64,000 bases of DNA. It comes from Eledone cirrhosa. Taxonomy: Eukaryota. The DNA is taken from NCBI GenBank assembly GCA_964016885.1, contig CAXHJY010001439.1:275682-339681 (forward strand), given 5' to 3'. The number at the start of each line of letters is the position of its first letter. Positions within the stretch are counted from its first letter, which is position 1. Of this stretch, positions 13,994 to 27,046 are shown piece by piece. Under the pieces are notes generated by a model. That model was not told the origin of the DNA and did no database searches. It saw only the letters and a program-made list of their open reading frames with translations. A program made the translations under genes and the position numbers.

Positions 13994-14076
13994 TAAAATA
14001 GTGAGATACACACATACATGTGTGTTGTGTTCATTATTCAAAATGGCGTAGATTAGTGCACCGTTAAATAAAGTGT

Positions 14077-14143
14077 CCCGAGGAATTGAACTCACATTCT
14101 CCTGAATTTCAGCCGAACACCTTAACCACTAAGCTATGCGCTT
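14077..14143 (-). mobile_element. tRNA-derived SINE head
   Basis: The reverse complement has a Pol III A-box (TAGCTTAGTGG) and B-box (GTTCAATTCC) but no clean cloverleaf. Confidence 0.65.
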
Positions 14144-14196
14144 ATACACACACACACACACACACATACACTCATACACCCCCCCACACACATATA

Positions 14197-14237
<41 letters not shown>

Positions 14238-14405
14238 TTGTGTATATATATATACAAATAGATACATACGTACATACATACATGGAAACATACATAACTA
14301 CATTTATACATCCGAATATCCAATCATCCATCAATGCATACACATACATATGTAGATATATACATACATATATATGTATGTATGTACATGTTTGTTGGTA
14401 TATAT

Positions 14406-14512
<107 letters not shown>

Positions 14513-14513
14513 A

Positions 14514-14549
<36 letters not shown>

Positions 14550-14722
14550 GTTTGTGTATATATATGTGTGTATATATATGTATGTGTGTGTGTGTGTGTG
14601 TATATATATATGTATATGTGTGTGTGTGTATATATATATATGTATGTATGTGTATATATATTTATATATATATGTATCTATATCTACACACATATATATA
14701 TATACATACATATATAGGTATG

Positions 14723-14756
<34 letters not shown>

Positions 14757-14766
14757 CATAAATGTG

Positions 14767-14843
<77 letters not shown>

Positions 14844-15047
14844 CCCAAACAATGAACCAGACTGACAGACAGACAGACACACGGCAAATGGACGGCGGTA
14901 ATAATATTAGTGATGTGTTAACAGAGATGCTGTCTTGATAGGGGGCGCTACGTTCTCGCTATTTGGGAACAGCTGTGCCAACAACGGTCCTGGGTTATCT
15001 TACAACGCCAATGCAGTAATGAAACTCTAAAGGTGTATATATATATG

Positions 15048-15093
<46 letters not shown>

Positions 15094-15267
15094 TGTGTAT
15101 ATATATATATATATATACACACACACATATGTATATATATATATATTTATACAGTGTGAGTTATGTGTGTTTCACATTTTGCATGTATGTATGTATGTAT
15201 GTATGTATGTATGTATGTATGTATGTATGTATGTATGTATGTATGTATGTATGTATGTATGTATGAA

Positions 15268-15332
<65 letters not shown>

Positions 15333-15415
15333 CTATCTATATATGTATCTACCTATCTATCTATGTATCTATCTATTTATCTATCTAACTATCTAAGTAT
15401 AGAGGAAGCAGAACA

Positions 15416-15495
15416 AATAAAGTACCAGTAATACACTGGGATAATTGCTGGCCTTGTGCCAAAAGTAGAAACAATTATTATTATTATTATTATTA
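15416..15495 (+). mobile_element. 3' end of SINE family B with (ATT)n tail
   Basis: AATAAAGTACCAGTAA...GCTGGCCTTGTGCC..AAGTAGAAACAATTATT is shared with many copies in the window. Confidence 0.8.
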
Positions 15496-15829
15496 GTAGT
15501 AGTAGTGGTAGTAGTAGTAGTAGTAGTACAAGAAGAACAAGAAGAGGAAGTAAAGAATAATAAGAAGAAGCATAAAAAGAAAAAAAAACAATAATAAGGC
15601 GAAAAAGAAGACTAAGAAGAAGAACAACAGCAGCAGCAAGAAGAAGAAGAAAAAGAAGAAGAAGCTGATGAAGATGAAGCGGACAACAATAACAACAACA
15701 ATGAAGACAAGAAGTAGAATTGTGTAAAGTGTGAAATGTAAATAAAGTGGAAGATTTCAGTAATATAGAAGTTGTGTTCAGTGGAGCAGATAACTGGTAT
15801 GGCACATGGTTATCAAATATATTAATTAA

Positions 15830-17545
15830 TCTACTACAACAACAACAGCAACAGCAACAATAACAACAATAACTACAGCTACAACAACAACAACAATAAT
15901 AACAACTACAACAACAGCAACAATAGCAACTATAACTACAGCAACAGTAAAAATAACAACAACTACAACAACAGCAACAATAGCAACTATAACTACAGCT
16001 ACAACAACAGCAATAACAACAACTACAACAACAGCAAAAACAACAACAACAGCAAGTATAACTACAGCTAGAGCAACAATAATAACAACTACAGCAACAA
16101 CAGCAACTATAACTACAGCTAGAGCAGCAACAACAATAGCAACTATAACTACAGCTACAACAACAACAAAAATAACAACAACAACAACAACAACAACAGC
16201 AACAACAACAACAACAACAACAATAGCAACTATAACTACAGCTACAACAACAACAACTGCAACATCAATAGTAACTATGACTGCAGTTAGAACTACAACA
16301 ATAATAAACAACGATAGCAACTATAACTACAACCAGAACAACAACCTCAACAGCAATAATAAAAACAACTATAACTACGGCTAGGAAAACAACAATAACA
16401 ACAACAATAGCAACAGCCACTTCAGTTATAACTTCAGCTATAACAACAACAGTAACAACAGCAATAACAACAACAGTAACAACAGCAATAACAAAAGCAA
16501 TAACAACAACAACATCAATAACAACAACAATAACAACAGCAATAACAACAGTAACAACAGCAATAACAACAACAGTAACAACAATAGTAACAACAACAGT
16601 AACAACAGCAATAACAACAACAGTAACAACAGCAATAACAACAACAATAACAACAACAGTAACAACAGCAATAACAACAACAACAACATCAATAACAACA
16701 ACAGAAACAACATCAATAACAACAACAGTAACAACAGCAATAACAACAATAACAACAACAGTAACAACAGCAATAACAACAACAATAACAACAACAATAA
16801 CAACAACAGTAACAACAGCAATAACAACAATAACAACAACAGTAAAAACAGCAATAACAACAACAATAACAACAACAATAACAACAACAATAACAACAAC
16901 TGTAACAACAGCAATAACAACAACAACAACAACAATAACAACAACAATAACAACAGCAATAACAACAACAACAACATCAATAACAACAGCAGTAACAACA
17001 ATAACAACAACAGTAACAACATCAATAACAACAACAGTAACAACAATAAAAACAACAGTAACAACAGTAATAACAACAGTAACAACATCAATAACAACAA
17101 CAGTAACAACAGTAATAACAACAGTTACAACAGCAATAACAACAACAACATCAATAACAACAACAGTAACAACAGCAATAACAACAACAACAACATCAAT
17201 AACAACAACAGAAACAACAGTAACATCAACAGTAACAACAGCAATAACAACAACAGTAACAACAACAGTAACAACAACAGTAACAACAACAATAACAACA
17301 GCAATAACAACAACAATAACAACAACAGTAACAACAGCAATAACAACAGCAATAACAACAACAATAACAACAGTAACAACAGCAATAACAACAACAACAA
17401 CAATAGTAACAACAACAATAACAACAGCAATAACAACAACAGTAACAACAACAGTAACAACAACAATAACAACAACAATAACAACAGCAATAACAAAAAT
17501 AGTAACAACAGTAGTAACAAAAACAGTAAGAATAACAACAAATGC
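15830..17545. repeat. (AAC)n-derived degenerate trinucleotide array with AAT/AGC/AGT variants
   Basis: Direct inspection. Confidence 0.95.
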
Positions 17546-17559
17546 CAAACTTTAAGATT

Positions 17560-18915
17560 AACTAACCACATCACTACCACCACAACCACTACTACCACCA
17601 GAACTACCACTGACACCACTACCACTGACATCACTACCACCACCACCACTACTACCACCAGAACTACCACTGACACCACAACAAACAACCACCCAAAGAT
17701 CTCACCAAAAACTCCACCAAATACCAGTTACACTACCACTGACACCACTACCACCACTACCACTGACACCACTACCACTGATATCACTACCACCACCACC
17801 ACTACTACCACCAGAACTACCACTGACACCACAACAAACAACCACCCTAAGATCTCACCAAAAACTCCACCAAATACCAGTTACACTACCACTGACACCA
17901 CTACCACCACTACCACTGACACCACTACCACCACTACCACTGACATCACTACTATCACCACCACCACTTCCACTGGTACCACTACCATCACTAATACCAC
18001 CACCACAACAAACAACCTCGTACTTCCACTACCACCACCATCACCAACACTAACACCTAACCAGGAACCATCGACAAGACCTTATCCGCTTACTGAGTTT
18101 GTGTGAAACTCGTCAGACTGTTACCACTATCACCACCATCACCACCATCACCACCACCATCACCACCACCACCATCACTGCCACTGGCACCACTACCACC
18201 ACCATCACCACCATCACTGCCACTGGCACCACTACCACCACCATCACCACCACCACCAATTCCACTGGCACCACTACCACCACCATCACTACCACCACCA
18301 TCACCCCCACCACCATCACCACCAGCACCACTGCCACTGGCACCACTACCACCACCACTGCCACTACCACCACCATCAACACCACTGCCACTGGCACCAC
18401 CATCACCATCACCACCACCATCACTGCCACTGGCACCGCTACCACCACCATCACCACCACCACCACTGCCACTGGCACCACTACCACCACCATCACCACC
18501 ACCACCCCTGCCACTGGCACCACAACCACCACCATCACCACCACCACCACCACCACTGCCACTGGCACTGGCACCACTACCACCACCATCACCACCACCA
18601 CTGCCACTGGCACCACTACCACCACCATCACTACCACTACCAGCACCAGCACCACCACTTCCACTGGCACCACTACTACCACCATCACCATCACCACCAC
18701 TTCCACTGGCACCACTACCACCACCATCACTACCACCACCATCACCACCACCACCACCATCACTACCAACACCATCACCACCACCACCACTTCCACTAGC
18801 ACCACTACCACCACCATCACTACCACCACCATCACCAACACTAACACCTAACCAGGAACCATCGACAAGATCCCAGACCTTATCCGCTTACTGAGTTTGT
18901 GTGAAACTCGTCAGA
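17560..18915. repeat. (ACC)n-derived array with a ~150-bp tandem duplication and ~85-bp direct repeats at 18031-18117 and 18820-18915
   Basis: AAAGATCTCACCAAAAACTCCACCAAATACCAG-like block occurs twice; CCTAACCAGGAACCATCGACAAGA...GAAACTCGTCAGA occurs twice. Confidence 0.9.
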
Positions 18916-19114
18916 ACTGACCGAGGAAACAATGTTTCCATTGGCCTTTCCAATTACAGATGCTATTACTATCTACGGGTCGCAGCACCTGGCAGAAAGA
19001 GGAACATGAAATAAAGCGACTTGCTCAAGGACAAAACCTATCACCCCGGCTTGGCCATCGAACTCACAACCCCACCATTGTGAATCCAATTCTCTAACCA
19101 CTGAGCAACAGGCC
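18911..19114 (-). mobile_element. Diverged full-length SINE family A
   Basis: The reverse complement aligns to 50137-50340: A/B boxes, TGTCCTTGAGCAAG, ATTGGAAAG.CCAA.GGAAACATTGTT.CCTCGGTC. Confidence 0.8.
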
Positions 19115-19374
19115 AACATTTTATTCTTCGCCCCTAATCAACACGTTAAACGAGATTTGGTGCGGATCCAAGTTTTCTATTGTTAAAAATTCAAGATGTC
19201 GCTCTCTTCTCTATCGATGTCCGGAAGCTATATGTTGTATATGACATGCAGTGACACCACTAGGGAAATTAATGTATCATTAGTTTCTGGGAAGGAATGC
19301 ACTGAGTTCACCTTTAAAGGGAGGAAACTAATGAAACAACAAACAATAAAGACCTATAAACTGCATTCACACTA

Positions 19375-19428
19375 TGTATGTATGTATGATATATATATAT
19401 CTATACATAATATGTGTATATATATATA

Positions 19429-19491
<63 letters not shown>

Positions 19492-19507
19492 ATATAACAT
19501 ATGTATA

Positions 19508-19545
<38 letters not shown>

Positions 19546-19559
19546 GTGTATATATATAA

Positions 19560-19595
<36 letters not shown>

Positions 19596-19643
19596 ATGTA
19601 TATATATATATATATATATATAATGTATATATATATATATATA

Positions 19644-19696
<53 letters not shown>

Positions 19697-19769
19697 GTGT
19701 ATATATATTGTATATGTGTATATATATTATATAATGTATATATATATATAATATGTATATATATATATA

Positions 19770-19830
<61 letters not shown>
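19375..19830. repeat. Interrupted (TA)n microsatellite
   Basis: Direct inspection. Confidence 0.95.
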
Positions 19831-19831
<1 letters not shown>

Positions 19832-20229
19832 CCTAGTCCGTTTAGTAATATTGTTGTGGTCGTGTTTTCGTTGGCAATCGTCTGTTTACGACAGTACAGC
19901 GCGGCTCTACTTTATTTAACTGAGATAAAACTTATATGAGCATGAACAGTAGATCATTACGCATCTTTTGGCTTAAAAATCTAGAAATTTGGTCCAGCGG
20001 GAAAAAGTTTATAATCAAAGTTTGCTGATAAATCTTGTGTTCAAGTGAGTGAGTAGTAAGCGTGACGCTAGGGGAGGTAATTACGAGGTAATTACAAGGG
20101 GAGGTAATCTAATATATTTCAAATTGTATTTTTAACTAAATTCATTTATTATAGTCTAATATTTTAAAAATAGGTGAGTGCTCCACGATGATGACCCATG
20201 TCCCCGCCATGTGGAGGGGATGCTTAGGA

Positions 20230-20289
20230 GCCATCCAGATATCATGTGACCATTTTTGGTTCGCGGTCTCCACATGATATCTGGATGGC
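20230..20289. repeat. 19-bp perfect inverted repeat, possibly a collapsed mariner-type MITE
   Basis: GCCATCCAGATATCATGTG ... CACATGATATCTGGATGGC, followed by CCTTTATA. Confidence 0.6.
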
Positions 20290-20780
20290 CCTTTATACTA
20301 ATTAGTCATTTATCTGCATAAACATTATACCAGATCATTCTGATTATTGGCTTGAAATCTTTTACACAATTAGTATGAGCAACTAAGAGGTCATCAATAG
20401 AAATAGAATTACTTTTTGAAGTTTTCATGCACAGCATTTTTGGGGATTTTAAATAAAAGTTAATATCATAATTCTTATTTTGTATACCCACATTGCAGAT
20501 ACAGAGAAACATGACAATCCTATATAAAGGTCGTAGACAGCAGTATCAGTTGTTATCCGTAACACCATTGAAATGCACAAGTTTCACCAATTCACTATTA
20601 TGCACTAATCATCTCAAATGCATTCATGATTTACTAGCTTTGTCATTAAGCCAGTTGCCTCAACTAGATTGCAATTATACTCAAAAGAACTTTAAAATGT
20701 CAATCACTTGTCAGTAATTCACTATGATCTTTTAATTATTAGATAGTTGTTGCTTGCATTGCCTTAAAAAATAGTAGACG

Positions 20781-21801
20781 AGATAGAAAAATGCGTACAG
20801 CAAAAAAAAGTAATATTGTTGGAATATAAACCTTTAAAAATACAGGACAAGAAACTAAAATAAAACTTTAAAAGAATAGGACAAGAAACTAAGATAAAAC
20901 TTTAAAGAATTGGACAAGAAATAAAAAATTTTACAATAATATTAGTGACAAAATTTTTTTATTCGTTTCCTGTGCTATGCCCCAGTATCTTCTTGATTAG
21001 TGCATAATAATTGTCATGCTCTCATTGTGCGTTGCCCCTGAGCGGTTGGTTCTGGTTGGGGTTGGTTGGCTGAGCAGTTCTGCTCCGTCAGAATGACCAG
21101 TGCAAGAGGAATTGGCCGATGCAGCTGCAGGTCTCCTCCAAGAATGCACTTCTGGTCCCGCAACACCAGACGAAGATGGAGAAGACGACCGGGACAAGAT
21201 GTCGACTCTGACCACCGACTAAGGCACCTCCCTCAACCACCGGTCCTCCCTCCCTCTGTCCCGTCATCCCTCCAGTCCTCCTGCTCCCCCTTCCTGTACC
21301 AGAAAGCTGTGGCACGCATTCATCTGGACTGCCGGACTTGAACTCAAGGACAAGATGCAAGGAGAAGATGGACGGGTTGGTCAAGATCAAGGATGAGCGG
21401 GACGACAAGACCGTCCGCTGCTGCTCAAGATCTGTGCTCATGGGCCCATGGGTCCATTCACATTATGCATGACACATGAGGCGTGTCGCCGAATGATGAA
21501 ATAGGGGTATGGTTATGGCCCAATTGGTGTTCAAACCAGGATCAAATGATCCCCCCGGTCTGACGACGACGTCTGAATGTGGAACCCAGAGCCTATGAAT
21601 GTGGAACTCGATTTTTTACCAATAAAAATTTTGCCACTAATATTATTGTAAAATTTTTTATTTCTTGTCCAATTCTTTAAAGTTTTATCTTAGTTTCTTG
21701 TCCTATTCTTTTAAAGTTTTATTTTAGTTTCTTGTCCTGTATTTTTAAAGGTTTATATTCCAACAATATTACTTTTTTTTGCTGTACGCATTTTTCTATC
21801 T
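20781..21801. repeat. ~180-bp inverted repeat arms (20781-20963 and 21621-21801) around a ~660-bp GC-richer spacer; right arm abuts (TA)n
   Basis: The arms are near-perfect reverse complements and carry three internal GGACAAGAAA subrepeats. Confidence 0.9.
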
Positions 21802-21804
21802 GGT

Positions 21805-21845
21805 ATAACATATGTATATATATATATATATATATATAATATGTG

Positions 21846-21899
<54 letters not shown>

Positions 21900-21902
21900 A
21901 TA

Positions 21903-21947
<45 letters not shown>

Positions 21948-21983
21948 TGTATATATATAATATATATATATATAATATATGTG

Positions 21984-22028
<45 letters not shown>

Positions 22029-22116
22029 GTGTATATATATAATATATATATATAATACATGTGTATATATATAATATATATAATATACATATATATAATA
22101 TATGTGTATATATATA

Positions 22117-22147
<31 letters not shown>

Positions 22148-22212
22148 ATACATGTGTATATATATAATATATATAATATACATATATATAATATATGTGT
22201 ATATATATAATA

Positions 22213-22274
<62 letters not shown>

Positions 22275-22277
22275 TAC
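21805..22277. repeat. Interrupted (TA)n tract
   Basis: Direct inspection. Confidence 0.95.
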
Positions 22278-22699
22278 TTCGTCTTTAATTGTTGATCTGA
22301 AAACGTGTGTTGAAACATATATTGTTATACTTTGGGAAGGTCATTCTGCGAACAAAAACACACATCTGCTGAATTTCACTTCAATTTATTACAAATTTCC
22401 AGTTGGTTGGTCTAGTATCCGGATGGTTGTTATTTTGTTTATTGTTGAAGCTCTTTCGTCGCACATTCTATGACGTCCTCAGTGACTAATTTATCACACT
22501 GTGTCTCTCTGAGAGGCGAGTGTATTTTCATTGGCAACATGAACATCCCAAAACATAACCCCCCCCACACCCACACACACCCACACACACACACACACAC
22601 ATATTGTTTTACTTTGGCAGGTTTATGTTGCCAATAAAAATATACGTATCTCCCTCAAATAAGGCTCAGTATATATATAAATATTATACACATTAATAT

Positions 22700-23840
22700 A
22701 CAATCATCGACACAACGACCACAACCACGACCATTACCACCACTACCACCACCAACAACAACAACAACTACAACAACAAAAACAACAGCAACAACACCAC
22801 CATCATTATCAACACAATTACCAAAATCAATATCACCCTTACACCACCACCACCACCACCACCACCACCACCACCGCCAACACCAACACAACCACCACCA
22901 CCACCACCACCACTACCATCACCACCAGCACCAGCACCACCACCAACACTACCATCACTACCATCACCACCACCACCACTACCATCACCACCACCACCAC
23001 CACCACCTCCATCAACAACAACTACAACAACAAAAACAACAGCAACAACACCACCATCATCACCAACACAATCACCAAAATCAATATCACCCTTACAACC
23101 ACCACCACCACCACCACCACCGCCAACACCAACACAACCATCACCACCACCACCACCACCACCACTACCATCACCACCAGCACCACCACCACCACCACCT
23201 CCACCAGCACCACCACCACCACCACCACCTACTCCACCACCAAAAACACCACCACCACCACCACTACCATCACCACCAGTACCACCACCACCACCACTAC
23301 CATCACCACCAGCACCACCACCACCTCCACCACCACCAGCACCACCACCACTACCATCACCAGCACCACCACCACCACCTCCACCACCACTACCACCACC
23401 ACCACCACCACCGCTACCACCACCAGCACCACTACCACCACCACCACCACTACCACCACCAGCACCACTACCACCACCACCACCACCACTACCACATAAC
23501 TGTTACTGTGATGTTACACTCAATTTCGCAACGTGTTTTTTTAACATTTACGATTCACAGTTTTTAAAAGCAAAACGTTGTTAGTTTGCGGAGTTAATTG
23601 AGAGAACGGGAACATGGCAACAATGGAAGCAATAATAGCAGCAACAACAACAGCAATACCAATAGCAGTTACAACAACAGCAACAACAACATCAACCACA
23701 GCAATAGCAACAACAACAACAACAACGACAATAGCAACAACAACAGCCACAGCAATAGCAACAGCAGCAACAACAACTAATGCAGCAATCAATAGTAGCA
23801 AACAACTACAACAATACCAACAGCAGCAACATCAACAACC
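22700..23840. repeat. (ACC)n and (AAC/AGC)n arrays with an internal ~260-bp duplication
   Basis: CCAAAATCAATATCACCCTTACA occurs at about 22821 and 23075. Confidence 0.9.
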
Positions 23841-23872
23841 GCATACCGTAGCTGTATGTCATATATCAAATC

Positions 23873-23947
23873 ATATATTTTGTCTGATGAGGACGTACTG
23901 AAAAAAACAACACAGTACCTTTGAAATATATATATAATAAAGTATAT
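23873..23947 (+). ncRNA. Type I hammerhead ribozyme motif (HHR-1)
   Basis: ATATATTTTGT-CTGATGA-(GGACGTACTG..CAGTACCTTT)-GAAA-TATATATA-TA-ATAAAGTATAT. Stem I has 11 bp (2 GU); stem II has 9 of 10 pairs. Confidence 0.7.
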
Positions 23948-24068
23948 ATTTTGATTATGAGAATATTTTTGATTTGTTAATATTTTGAGATATCCGGGAG
24001 CTTCCAACAGAAATGGTCGCATTCTCTAAGGGTATGTCAATATTTATTTATAAAGCTGCTCTATATTA

Positions 24069-24133
24069 TATTTTATCTGATGAAAGCACACCATAATTTA
24101 ACTTGATGTCCTTGAAATATGTATAATGAAATA
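24069..24133 (+). ncRNA. Type I hammerhead ribozyme motif (HHR-2), in tandem with HHR-1
   Basis: TATTTTAT-CTGATGA-(AAG.ACA...TGT.CTT)-GAAA-TATGTA-TA-ATGAAATA. Stem I has 8 bp (1 GU). Confidence 0.65.
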
Positions 24134-24164
24134 AATATGGTTTTATAAATATAGTTTCCATTTG

Positions 24165-24270
24165 TTCCCGCCGAGGTTGACTTTGCCTTTCATCCTTACG
24201 GGGTCGATAAAATAAAGTACCAGTAATGCACTGTTTAATTGCTGGCCTTGTGCCTAACGTAGAAACAAAA
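24165..24270 (+). mobile_element. SINE family B, 3' half
   Basis: CCCGCCGAGGTTGACTTTGCCTTTCATCCTTACGGGGTCGATAAAATAAAGTACCAG. Confidence 0.85.
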
Positions 24271-24497
24271 AAATATATCGTATTTTTACTCCAACAATTT
24301 GTTGAGTGCTTTATATCAGTTATAAAAATATTTGCTTGTTGTATCCCAACAATTTAAATAGAATTTCTACATATATATATACTTAGGGTAAACATGGATG
24401 CAATTCAATTCAAGCACTCAACGTACTTATTCCACATAGGAGTGACGGAGTAAATATCGAATAAGGAAAAGCGAAGTAGTTTCAGATGTCTTTTAAT

Positions 24498-24684
24498 AAT
24501 AATTGTTTCTACTTTAGGCACAAGGCCAGCACATACCCAGTTCATTACTGGTACTTTATTTTATCGACCCCGTAAGGATGAAAGGCAAAGTCAACCTCGG
24601 TGGGATTTGAACTCAGATCGTAAAGGGACGTAACTATGCTGGAAAGCATGGCGTCCGACCCTCTACCGATACTGCCAATCCACC
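24498..24684 (-). mobile_element. Full-length SINE family B with target-site duplication
   Basis: tRNA-like head (TGGCAGTATCGG / GTTCAAATCC); GTCTTTTAATAATAAT on both flanks. Confidence 0.9.
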
Positions 24685-24702
24685 AAGTCTTTTAATAATA
24701 AT

Positions 24703-24776
24703 GCTGTGATATATATTTCAATGGCGACAGTGGTCACACTGTTCCGTGCGCCAGTGTCACCACATCGTCAGACAGC
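24703..24776 (-). ncRNA. Type I hammerhead motif (HHR-3, mirror copy)
   Basis: Reverse complement reads GCTGT-CTGACGA-long stem II-GAAA-TATATA-TC-ACAGC. Confidence 0.75.
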
Positions 24777-24869
24777 TTTTTACATAATAAGGTTATGTTT
24801 CCGAGGCAATCCAAATCCATGTCGATTCAATTTGGATTGCCTCGGAAACATAACCTTATTATGTAAAAA

Positions 24870-24943
24870 GCTGTCTGACGATGTCGCGACACTGACACAC
24901 GGAACAGTGTGACCACTGTCGCCATTGAAATATATATCACAGC
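24870..24943 (+). ncRNA. Type I hammerhead motif (HHR-4)
   Basis: GCTGT-CTGACGA-(45-nt hairpin)-GAAA-TATATA-TC-ACAGC; AUC cleavage triplet. Confidence 0.75.
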
Positions 24944-25072
24944 ATTATTATCCTTACGGGGTCGATAAAATAAAGTACCAGTAATGCACTGGGTAATTGC
25001 TGGCCTTGTGCCTAAAGTAGAAACAATTATTATTAAAAGACTTGAACATCTGAAACTACTTCGCTTTTCCTT

Positions 25073-25177
<105 letters not shown>

Positions 25178-25898
25178 TCCGTTTCATAAGTCTATATAAC
25201 CGGAAAAACAGTTTATATTTAATTTGTTTTCGAGCTTATAGCTATTTGTATAATATCTCCCTTAATTCTTTATTGAATGTTTTTCTAATCTTAGAGTAAA
25301 TATTTTACAATAATTTTCTAATTGCGTTCGTCGTAAATATAATATTATAGTTTTCTAATTGTGTTGCTAAATATAATCTTTCTATATCGACTTTATAATA
25401 GTATCTTCTAAATGCAATCACTATTTCCACCCTACCCAAATCATTTTCTATTCTAGTCTTACTAATTCAATTAACTTCCAGTTGAGAATAATACTATGAC
25501 GGTAATATATTAGTAAAACAGCTACTGTATTGAGACATATTAACCCCACAACCTTCTTTTTAGCATTTAACTCGTTTTTATTTATTTACAAGTATTAATC
25601 GAATGCGACTATAATACACTATCTTACCCTTTTCTTTCATTTGTGTGTTTTGTGTTATTTAGTTCATTAATTCCAAAGTATTTATAAGTCTGTCGTTCTT
25701 CCACTTCTTCTCTCTCTATCTCGTTATCTAATATGATATTACTGGCTTTTATTATTAATTCACATCTCTTAAAGGTAACGTTGGTATTTTATTTATCAAC
25801 TGAACCGATTTGCATTGCTAAACCGAACCGGTTTTCATTCTACTTTCTCTAGAATACACGTGTTTTTTTTTTCATCTGCATTACATTATACTTTAGGT

Positions 25899-26242
25899 CA
25901 GAGCTTGTCAAAGTTGGCTCTACTTCCCCCCGGGGGCGTTGAGTAGGACCAAGGGGACGCTGGAGCCTAACCGACAGTGGGGGAACTGTAGAGAGAGAGA
26001 TGATATAATAGTATATTAAATATCAAATGATATATATTATATATAAATATAGTAAAATAAAAAATATATATTTATTTAAGTAATACCCTCAGCGCCAGTA
26101 TATACACAGTATATATTATATTATTTATTATATATAAATTAACGATTATATTTAGTATACATTATTTACAATTTGTATGGGGCGCTGAGGGTATTACTTG
26201 GCAGTGAGTGGGGCGGTGGCCAAACAAGTTTGAGAAACTCTG
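25899..26242. mobile_element. hAT (Charlie-like) MITE, 344 bp
   Basis: TIRs CAGAGCTTGTCAAA and TTTGAGAAACTCTG; 8-bp TSD CTTTAGGT/CTTTAGGA; internal 19-bp inverted repeat at 26078-26096 and 26181-26199. Confidence 0.85.
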
Positions 26243-26344
26243 CTTTAGGATACCCATACAAAGGAGATCCTGCATCTTATTTTATGAAGGGGAGACCCCA
26301 GCAGAAGTTTTAAGTGGATAGTTAACTGTATATAAGTCTAAACT

Positions 26345-26611
26345 CTGTCTCGAACACGGCGGCTCATCAGGCAGGTGTTTATCTCGGTTTCCGTAGCATG
26401 AAGCAACTGAGAGTACAAGACTTCCCACTGGACAAGACGCCAGCCCATCACTGGGTTAAACCTGCAACTGTTGCTTGTACTCCTATTCAACTGAATAGAC
26501 TGGAGCAACGTGAAATGAAGTCTTTTGCTGAAGAACACAAAATAAAACCCAGTCCTGGAACAAAGCCACGACATTATGATCGTAAGTCAAACACCGTTAC
26601 CACGCGACCAC
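26345..26611 (-). mobile_element. Diverged tRNA-derived SINE, V-SINE-like
   Basis: Reverse complement has a degenerate tRNA head, TTCACGTTGCTCCAG, and GATGGGCTGGCGTCTTGTCCAG...GCTTCATGCTACGGAAACCG, recalled as V-domain-like. Confidence 0.7.
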
Positions 26612-26721
26612 AGAAAGCATATTTTTGATACCGTATCGATTCTGTTTGCAAGTCCACCGCACTAACACGTGTAAAAATATTGATTTATGAACGAGAAGGG
26701 CATAGATCATTAAATCAATGC

Positions 26722-26823
26722 TACAAGGAATAAAGGTAAAGTGGACTTTGGTGGGATTTGAACTCAGAATGTAAAGAACCAAAACAAACCTCACTTTGGC
26801 ACTTTATCTGACGCACTACCGAT
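26722..26823 (-). mobile_element. SINE family B, diverged partial copy
   Basis: AAAGGTAAAGTGGACTTTGGTGGGATTTGAACTCAGA. Confidence 0.75.
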
Positions 26824-27046
26824 TATCTATCTATCTATCTATCTTGATAGAGTAAGACACGCTTCGCATCGGCTCCGCTATTCCATCGGGATTTACCCTT
26901 ACTATTGTAAGTACCGGATACATTTTTTAGTGCAACACATTTGGAACACTAACCCCTGTTATTTAGGGAAACATTTTTGCATTTACCCCCTTTTTAGGGA
27001 GTAAAATAAATATCTATTTTTGCCGAAAAATTTCTTTCTTGGCAGC

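Noticed and set aside
14935-14951. CTCF-like AGGGGGCGCTA
   Set aside because: Only a partial single match with no supporting context.
18095-18117. Minus-strand CTGACGA plus hairpin as a hammerhead
   Set aside because: No GAAA box follows; it corresponds to the SINE A 3' end.
15826-18894. Mucin- or extensin-like Thr/Pro ORFs
   Set aside because: Open in several frames on both strands, with no signal peptide or splice context.
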